Positions 15,107 to 15,500 of a DNA stretch of 15,500 bases are shown here, in pieces. Under the pieces are notes generated by a model. That model ran no database searches. It saw only the letters and a list, made by a program, of their open reading frames with translations, and was not told the origin of the DNA. Source of the DNA: Nitrososphaeraceae archaeon (lineage in GTDB: Archaea; Thermoproteota; Nitrososphaeria; Nitrososphaerales; Nitrososphaeraceae); NCBI GenBank assembly GCA_035250975.1, contig DATFEP010000084.1:1-15500 (forward strand), read 5' to 3'. Numbering within the stretch: position 1 is the stretch's first letter; every line of letters starts with the position of its first letter. The translations under genes and the position numbers were made by a program.

Positions 15107-15500
15107 TTAGTTAAATAAAAATGAAAATATCTTCTTGAAATCTATTGAGAATAAAGAATGTACGTCAACTCCAAAAATAGATGGATTGGATTTGTCAATA
15201 TTCTCAGTATTATTGAGAATCGTGTTGGTTGATTCAATATTCTTTCCAATTATAGAAGAATTAGTAGAAACTGAAGTAGCTGGTTCCGGTTCGGAGTGTT
15301 CAGAGCTTGCTGCTGAGTTTACTGCTGGTTCAGAGGTTACTGCTGGTTCCGGTTCAGAGGTTACTGCTGATTCTGGTTCAGAGGTTACTGCTGGTTCCGG
15401 TTCAGAGGTTACTGCTGATTCTGGTTCAGAGGTTACTGCTGATTCTGGTTCAGAGGTTACTGCTGATTCTGGTTCAGAGGTTACTGCTGATTCTGGTTCA
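15107..15500 (-). CDS. 3' end of a low-complexity, probably surface protein with EPESAVTS repeats (partial, runs off window)
   Basis: Frame open from 15499 to TAA at 15109-15107 (130 aa): (EPE[S/P]AVTS)x7 EPAVNSAASSEHSEPEPATSVSTNSSIIGKNIESTNTILNNTENIDKSNPSIFGVDVHSLFSIDFKKIFSFLFN*. Missed by the ORF track because it has no start in the window. Confidence 0.8.
   Translation of the reverse strand, partial: EPESAVTSEPESAVTSEPESAVTSEPESAVTSEPEPAVTSEPESAVTSEPEPAVTSEPAVNSAASSEHSEPEPATSVSTNSSIIGKNIESTNTILNNTENIDKSNPSIFGVDVHSLFSIDFKKIFSFLFN
15327..15500. repeat. 24-bp coding tandem repeat (at least 7 units, two variants)
   Basis: Unit GGTTCAGAGGTTACTGCT-(GATTCT or GGTTCC) starts at 15327, 15351, 15375, 15399, 15423, 15447, 15471 and 15495 (partial). 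There are no spacers. Confidence 0.95.

Noticed and set aside
15327-15500. 24-bp repeat considered as a CRISPR array
   Set aside because: Units are contiguous with no unique spacers, keep a reading frame open, and there are no cas genes.

Overview
AT-rich (roughly 30% GC by eye) archaeal window. The gene set (pelota, an ESCRT-III/CdvB paralog, a PsbP-like/DsbA protein, a thaumarchaeal-style blue-copper domain, an RTX-repeat protein, TATA-type promoters) points to Nitrososphaerota (Thaumarchaeota), plausibly a Nitrosocosmicus-like soil ammonia oxidiser; this taxonomy is an inference. The left half (1-7000) looks accessory. It holds a 45-aa Cys-rich mini-protein, a ThDP-dependent pyruvate oxidase-like enzyme, two possible gene relics, a class III adenylate cyclase and a Ca-binding RTX-repeat protein. 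The right half looks more core: PsbP-DsbA fusion, cutA, PP2C phosphatase, pelota, two hypothetical proteins, an HExxH metallopeptidase, a cdvB paralog, and the 3' end of a gene with a 24-bp tandem repeat. The most interesting signal is missed by the ORF track. The cyclase is the C-terminal part of a cupredoxin (His-Cys-His type 1 copper site)-adenylate cyclase fusion starting at 4904. It is split by two -1 frameshifts, one of them on an A-AAA-AAA heptamer. This is a candidate copper/redox-sensing cAMP source, either recoded or decaying. No rRNA, tRNA, CRISPR array or intact transposase was seen.
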